Positions 55,393 to 64,000 of a stretch of DNA of 64,000 nt are shown piece after piece. This DNA is from Eledone cirrhosa (Eukaryota), in assembly GCA_964016885.1 (NCBI GenBank), contig OZ024742.1:128340001-128404000 (forward strand), given 5' to 3'. How positions within the stretch are numbered: position 1 is the stretch's first letter; every line of letters begins with the position of its first letter. A model generated the notes under the pieces. The model searched no databases. It saw nothing but the letters and a program-made list of their open reading frames with translations, and was not told the DNA's origin. Both the position numbers and the translations under genes were made by a program.

Positions 55393-55722
55393 TGGCTTAG
55401 TGGTTAGAGTATTGGGCTTGCAATTGAAATGTTGTGAGTTCAATTCTCAGACCGGGTGATGTGAGCAAGACACTTTATTTCACATTGCTCCAGTTTACTC
55501 AGCTGTAGAAATGAGATGATAGAGACTGGGGCCTCTATCATTCCACTGTAAAGTTGGCGTGTAGGGGCCACGGCAAAAAAGCACCCAGCACTCACTGTAA
55601 ATGAGGTTGGTGTTAGGAAGGGCATCCAGCTGTAGAAATCAAGCCAGAACCAGTTCCCGTCCCACCCTTGCAAGCAGGGAAAAAACGGACGTAAAATGTT
55701 GATGATGATGATGATGATGATG
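55393..55722 (+). mobile_element. SINE family 1
   Basis: tggcttagtggttagag head; RTE tail. Confidence 0.9.
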
Positions 55723-56276
55723 ATATATATATATACATACATATATATGCACTCACACAAGTATACACATATATACATACACATATACATACAATTGTAT
55801 ATACTCACATATACATACAATTGTATATACATACATATACATACCTACAAATATATATATATATATGTGTGTGTATTCTTCCATTTTATATGTATATGTG
55901 TGTGAATGTATGTGTGTATATATATATTTGTGTATGTATATATATATATATATATATACATACACAAATATATATACACACACATACATACACATACATT
56001 CACACACATATACATATAAAATGGAAGAATACACACACACGCATACATATGTAAACAAAAACATACACCCATATATATGTATATATATACGCATGCCTAA
56101 ACATGTAGAAACTTACACACGTACATATGACTAACCATATACATTTACACAAAATATGCAAGAATACACAGGCAATTATAACTAAATACATACAAAAGTG
56201 CATACATACATAAACATACATTCATACATATCTATGAATATAGAAAGATAGAAATAGGGTTCCCATAAATAAAATA

Positions 56277-56792
56277 ATTGTTTCTGCTTTTGGCACAAGG
56301 CCAGCAAATTCCCCGTGCATTACTGGTTCTTTATTTTATCTACCCCGTAAGGATGAAAGGCAAAGTAAACCTCGGCGGGATTTGAACTCTGTAAGTAATA
56401 AATAATTGTTTCTACTTTTGGCACAAGGCCAGCAAAAACCCCGTGCATTACTGGTACTTTATTTTATCTACCCCGTAAGGATGAAAGGCAAAGTTAACCT
56501 CGGCAGGATTTGAACTCAGAATGGTAAGGGCCGTAACTCTGTGCGTCAAAGCATGGCGTCCGACCCTCTACCGATACTGCCAATCCACCGATCCCATAAA
56601 TAAAATAATTGTTTCTACTTTAGGCACAAGGCCAGCAAATTACCCAGTGCATTACTGGTACTTTATTTTATCGACCCCGTAAGGATGAAAGGCAAAGTCA
56701 ACCTCGGCGGGATTTGAACTCAGATCATAAAGGGACGTAACTATGCTGGAAAGCATGGCGTCCGACCCTCTACCGATACTGCCAATCCACCA
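56277..56792 (-). mobile_element. Three head-to-tail SINE family 2 copies
   Basis: Units at about 56277-56390, 56405-56590 and 56608-56792. Confidence 0.92.
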
Positions 56793-57390
56793 CCCATAAA
56801 TAAAATAATGAAATGTAAGGGTGTATGTAGAAAGAGTATAATTAATAGGTAGAAAGAAAAAGGGATAAGGGTAGTGAGAGGGTATGATAAAGGATATGTG
56901 AATAAAGTGAATATGTGAGTGTTATTTGTTGTAGATAAAGTTAAAGTTGAAGTTTAAAAAAGGGGAGAAGTGTTCAGGGTCTCTCAAAGGTTAAGAAGGG
57001 TGCAAACAAGCCTCAATTTTATAGCGATGTCAGTAGAATGAACACTTCATTCTTGCTATAAAATTGGGCTTGTTTGCATAATTGCAAACGAATCGAATGT
57101 TATTATTAATATTCGAAAAACTCAGATTACATTTATTGTATTCAGTCATGTAGAGCAACAATTTTCTTTTTTATTTGAATTTGGCAAAGACGGCCATTTA
57201 TCGCTTGTATACAGGAAACTGACTGGCCAGTCTGCTGATATGCAAATCTGGCTGATCAGTGGATCTGCTAATATGCAGATCTCACTGATCGGTGAGTTTG
57301 TTAATATGCAAATCAGGCCGATCGGTCAGTGTGTATTTTTGAAAATAGCATATATTTTCACTAGCTCTGAGAGTTTGGCAGGTGAATAGT

Positions 57391-57440
57391 GAGCTGTACT
57401 GATGAAGGGTGATACCCAGAAAAATTAGTGTCTGCAGTTC
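57391..57440 (+). ncRNA. Type I hammerhead ribozyme (stem III slightly decayed)
   Basis: Stem I gagctgta/tgcagttc, CTGATGA, gggt/accc, GAAA, GTC at 57430-32. Confidence 0.75.
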
Positions 57441-59279
57441 TGTTTACATGCCAACACAAGAGCAAGAATGAAGGGTTCATTCTACTGACATGGCTATAAA
57501 ATTGAGGCTTGTTTGCATAATTGCAAACGAATCGAATGTTATTATTAATATTCGAAAAACTCAGATTATATTTATTATATGTATATATATATATATATAA
57601 ACGGAAAAAATGAAACGAAATTTCATTTCTCACTCTTAGTACGGCTGTTACTTAAATATAATGTGTACAGTAGTATGTATATATATACATACATGCACAC
57701 ATATATATATGTACGTATGGATTCACCGAACATTTATTATAATGCTCGATGTGTTTGTAAACAAACATCCCGAATTAAGCCGTACAGTGTTTAGCAACCA
57801 TCGTTGCCCATTTTGTTCAACACTGACAAAGGAACGCTGTACTAGTTTCAAGCTTATTAGCTATCGTCACGTACTTATACTTACTTATATTTAAGTAACA
57901 GCCGTACTAAGAGTGAGAAATGAAATTTCGTTTCATTTTTTCCGTTTATCGTTTTCGGTGCGCCCGGCCGATTAACTCACTCGATATGCAAATTAGGCTG
58001 CTCAGCCGTTAATATGCATAAGGAAAGTATATACTTTCAGACGTTCAATCATCTGGCAGGAAGGTATACGGTGCAGACGATAGCTAATAAGCTACAGGAG
58101 CAATTTTGATGTTCTCTGGGTATTTTCTTATTGAGGATATAAGATTTTATAGAGGGACCGCAGGAGTAGCTGATTATGACAGTTTCTATTGAAGATCTTA
58201 TACGTGCTTTTGTATGTATGTGTTTTTGTCTGTACGTATATATATATATATATATGTGTGTACGAACTTCTGTATGTTTTCTACTTTTTATTTATTTTTT
58301 CTAGTGTTACTTTATAATTGATAACCCCTCCCTCTTACTTTCTCTTTGACTTAATTTTTATTATATATTATTTCATTTTCATATTTTATATTTTTATATC
58401 TGTATCGACCTTCAGTCTGACTCTGCTTTGACTGATACACTCCCTTCCCTGTATATATCACATACATGTATGTGGTTGCGCGTGTGTGTATGTTTATACG
58501 CGTGCGTCCTTTCATCCTTGTATGTGTATATATTTCAATCCTTAGTCCCTAAATCTGTATAATTCAGTCCCTGAGTCTCTATTATCTTACAATTTCTTTT
58601 TTCAACATATATTATATACGTATTTGTGGTCACACATACACTTATATGCTTGCCCTCATGTATGTACTTACACACACATTTTTTCACTATACACATGCAT
58701 TTGTACATACACACATATGTACAGTTGTAGGTGCATATACACACATTTATACACATACCCTTACTATATTTCCTTATTTTATTTTTTTATATATCTCTTG
58801 CATTACTTTTATTTATATATTTTTTTTGCCCGTTAATCTATTGCCTTTCTTGAGGAGATTTTGCAAAGATTTCTTATCTGAAAACGTGTGTTGAAACAGA
58901 TATTGTTATAGTTTGGGAGGGTCATGCTGCCAATAAAAACACGCGAACCTGCTGGTTTTCACTTCAGTTTATTGTAAATTTCCGGTTGGCTGGTTCAATA
59001 ACTGGATTGTTATTTATATATTGTCAAAGCCCTTTCGTCACACATTCTGTGACCTCCGCAGTGACTGATTTCTTACATTGTATCTCTCTTTTGTTCTGTT
59101 CACACAGAATATGTGACGAAAGAGCTTTGATAACCATCTGATTATTGAACCAACCAACGAGAAATCTATAATAGTGAAAACCAACGGGTGTGTGTGTGTT
59201 TTTATTGGCAGCATGACTCTCCCAAAGTATAACAATATATTTATATATATGTATATATATCGAAAAACATATATATATA

Positions 59280-59552
59280 TACTTCAATGAAAATAGGCCA
59301 GAATCCAAATATTCCTTTAATGGAGTTCGCAACCGATTGTCACCAAACTTGACACATGGGCTACGTATGTCCTACAAATGAATTTGAATACTCAGAATTG
59401 GCATATATTGAGTAGGGGACCTCAGGAGAAAGGAACCCCCCTTTAAAAAAAAAGCCAATGATTTTGTACAAGTATAGTTTTCGAAGCAGCACTGAAGTAT
59501 GGACATGAATGCTATACATGATTGCTATTTAATACGCCGGGTACCTCTGCTA

Positions 59553-59555
<3 letters not shown>
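59280..59555 (+). mobile_element. Possible non-autonomous Helitron
   Basis: Ends acgccgggtacctctgCTAGT; a similar end cccgagcaacgccggg..gCTAGT lies at 55135-55163. Confidence 0.45.
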
Positions 59556-59626
<71 letters not shown>

Positions 59627-59631
<5 letters not shown>

Positions 59632-59749
59632 AACCAGTAAGACCCCGACGGCTAAGCTCAAACCGTTTCGAAGGGTAATTCTGGACTCAGTCCAGAATTA
59701 ACCGTCGAAACGGCTTGAGCTCAGCCGTCGGGGTCTTACTGGTTCCTAT
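59627..59749. repeat. 123-bp near-perfect palindrome
   Basis: Axis at 59688; 4 mismatched pairs. Confidence 0.95.
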
Positions 59750-59825
59750 TACCCACTCTACTACCGTAAGTATTGAGTACTTTGGTGCGTTACGGTCCAC
59801 CTGGTTCCTTACCACATTTCCTTCG

Positions 59826-60214
<389 letters not shown>

Positions 60215-60299
60215 AACCTACTCCAGAAACTGTTGAGTGCTTTTATATCAGTTATAAAATATTTACTTGTTGTAACCCAACAATCTTAAATAAAACTTT

Positions 60300-60342
<43 letters not shown>

Positions 60343-60367
60343 TAGCTAGTATATACATATATATACT

Positions 60368-60435
60368 AAGCGGTAGATATCTTGTCTTTAAAGCGTGGAA
60401 ATATCTGAGACCCCCAGTAGACAACTGGTGAAGAA
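60368..60435 (+). ncRNA. Hammerhead-like motif with reversed strand order, copy D (5'-truncated, core CTGGTGA)
   Basis: tagata-TC-ttgtct, GAAA-tatctg, agacaa-CTGGTGA. Confidence 0.55.
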
Positions 60436-60909
60436 CCCCCTCCCCTGGTTCTTGCTTTCTTCTTATTCTCACTCCATTTTAAGCTACCTTAACTACCAAC
60501 TACACAGCCAATCCTATGCTCCATATATTTTATCATGTTTCGCTCTGACCAGTCTTCTCTCTTCTTCTACCTACCTATTTCGTTACTATCTACTCTTACC
60601 CCTCTTTCTTCCTCTCCCTTTCTCCCTCTCACTTTCACTCATCCTCTCTTTGCTAGCCTCCTCATTGTTTCCCTCGTCTGACCCTCTAGCATTTCCTTTT
60701 CTCACTTACACTCGCTGGCGTCAGACGTGTCTTTTCGCTCGCCCACACGCTCTTGAACTTAAATTCTCTTATCGCTTGGATTTTTTTACCTTAAGTTGTT
60801 CGCACATTGCTCGCACATTGCTCGCACATTGCTCGGTTTGTTGTTTTTTCTCGTTGTTTTCTCTTTTCTTCCCTTTTCCCTTCTATTTTCCTTCCCTCCC
60901 TCCTCTGTT

Positions 60910-61016
60910 TTCCCAATAACTTACCCAGTTATTGAACACTCTGGGCGGTAGATATATTGTCTTTAAAGCGTGGAAATATCCGAACCCCCCCCCCCCCATA
61001 GACAACTGATGAGGAC
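60910..61016 (+). ncRNA. Hammerhead-like motif with reversed strand order, copy E
   Basis: caataact/agttattg hairpin; gata-TA-ttgtct, GAAA-tatc, agacaa-CTGATGA-ggac. Confidence 0.62.
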
Positions 61017-61052
61017 CCCCCTCCCGTTTCTTATTCTCACTCCATTTTAAGC

Positions 61053-61113
<61 letters not shown>

Positions 61114-61210
61114 GTCTGTCTCTCTTCTTTCTATGCCGGTCTCTACATAGTTACACCTATGTAACAAGACACATACGTGAGAAGTAAGATAATGAGTTCA
61201 TACTGGTATG

Positions 61211-61261
<51 letters not shown>

Positions 61262-61458
61262 CGAGAGAGAGAGAGAGGGAGGGAGAGGGAGAGAGAGAGA
61301 GAAATATATATATACATGTTTGTATACACCAAAATCCATAGTAAAGTTATATATATAAAGTATATAAGTCTAGAGTAAATATTTATTATGTGAACAGTTC
61401 AGAATCATGGGTTTCACCATTTCAATCGATCTTGAATATATATATTTCGATTTACACC

Positions 61459-63232
<1,774 letters not shown>

Positions 63233-63246
63233 TGAAATTATATTTA

Positions 63247-63297
<51 letters not shown>

Positions 63298-63678
63298 GGC
63301 GACCTACGTAGTAAATCGTATCATCGTGAGCTCCGCAAAGGTTTGTTATTTCCGTTTGTTAAAAATTGCCATTTATGGAAAATTTTATTGTTAACTGTTT
63401 ATAAGCACACATACATTGTTTTCCGAAAAGGACACCCCAAAAAATTGGGGCCTTGTGCCCAAAATTTTAACTTTTATTATTATCAAAAAATTTCTTTGAA
63501 AAAAAAATGGCTAATTCACCTCTGCAACAAGCAGCTGAAAGCCTTCCTCATAAATTAACACCTCACACCGACACCACCATTGTAAATGTTACTACGTTTG
63601 CCAACACAAAAAAAAAATATAAGCAGTAGCAATATTATAAATTTGTCTCAGGCAGACATTCATTTCCCGCCATTACCA

Positions 63679-64000
63679 ATGACTGCAGGTGTTAAAGCCT
63701 CCACCACCACCACCACCACCGCGACAACCACCACCACCACCACCACCGCGACAACAGAAACAAAAGAAGAAAAAAATAAATTAACTCGTGATGTCGAAAT
63801 GAAATCAAGCAAAATGGACTCTTCCCCACCAAAGACGACTGACGTCACCACCACCACAACTGAAACTAAAATTAATATTAACGATAGCAACAACAACAAC
63901 AATGACATTATAAAACCGACCCTCAGTTTCGCCAGAGTAGCAAAACAATTCGAAGCTTGTACGGTAACTCAGGAGGATTTAGAAAATGCCAAACAAATGG
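63679..64000 (+). CDS. Open reading frame running off the window, possibly a LINE ORF1 N-terminus
   Basis: MTAGVKASTTTT...PTLSFARVAKQF, open to the window end; begins about 380 nt after a (TAT)n tract. Confidence 0.35.
   Translation, partial: MTAGVKASTTTTTTATTTTTTTTATTETKEEKNKLTRDVEMKSSKMDSSPPKTTDVTTTTTETKININDSNNNNNDIIKPTLSFARVAKQFEACTVTQEDLENAKQM

Noticed and set aside
56277-56792. tRNA genes or a CRISPR-like array
   Set aside because: Units are SINE copies with a B-box but no cloverleaf and no unique spacers; the context is eukaryotic.

Overview
AT-rich, repeat-saturated animal genomic DNA. The SINE/RTE/Penelope mix and microsatellite load suggest a cephalopod such as Octopus, but that is inference. 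Nearly all long ORFs in the track are retrotransposon debris (RTE, L1/Tx1, R4/Dong-like and CRE-like RLE LINEs, Penelope-like elements, a Helitron helicase end) or translated microsatellites. One host gene, largely missed by the ORF track, runs on the minus strand: five phase-compatible exons between 54338 and 4275 encode a signal peptide, Cys-rich DCxG/DxCGxCxG repeats and an IPT/TIG-like segment. The window holds many hammerhead-ribozyme (HHR) cores, often inside fold-back palindromes. The most unusual observation is a five-copy non-coding motif (51182-51284, 51836-51938, 52600-52700, 60368-60435, 60910-61016). It carries all hammerhead catalytic nucleotides and covarying stems I and III, but its three strands are in the reverse cyclic order, which is none of types I-III. 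Two copies bound a 575-nt retrozyme-like monomer. All alignments and folds were done by eye, and element boundaries are approximate.
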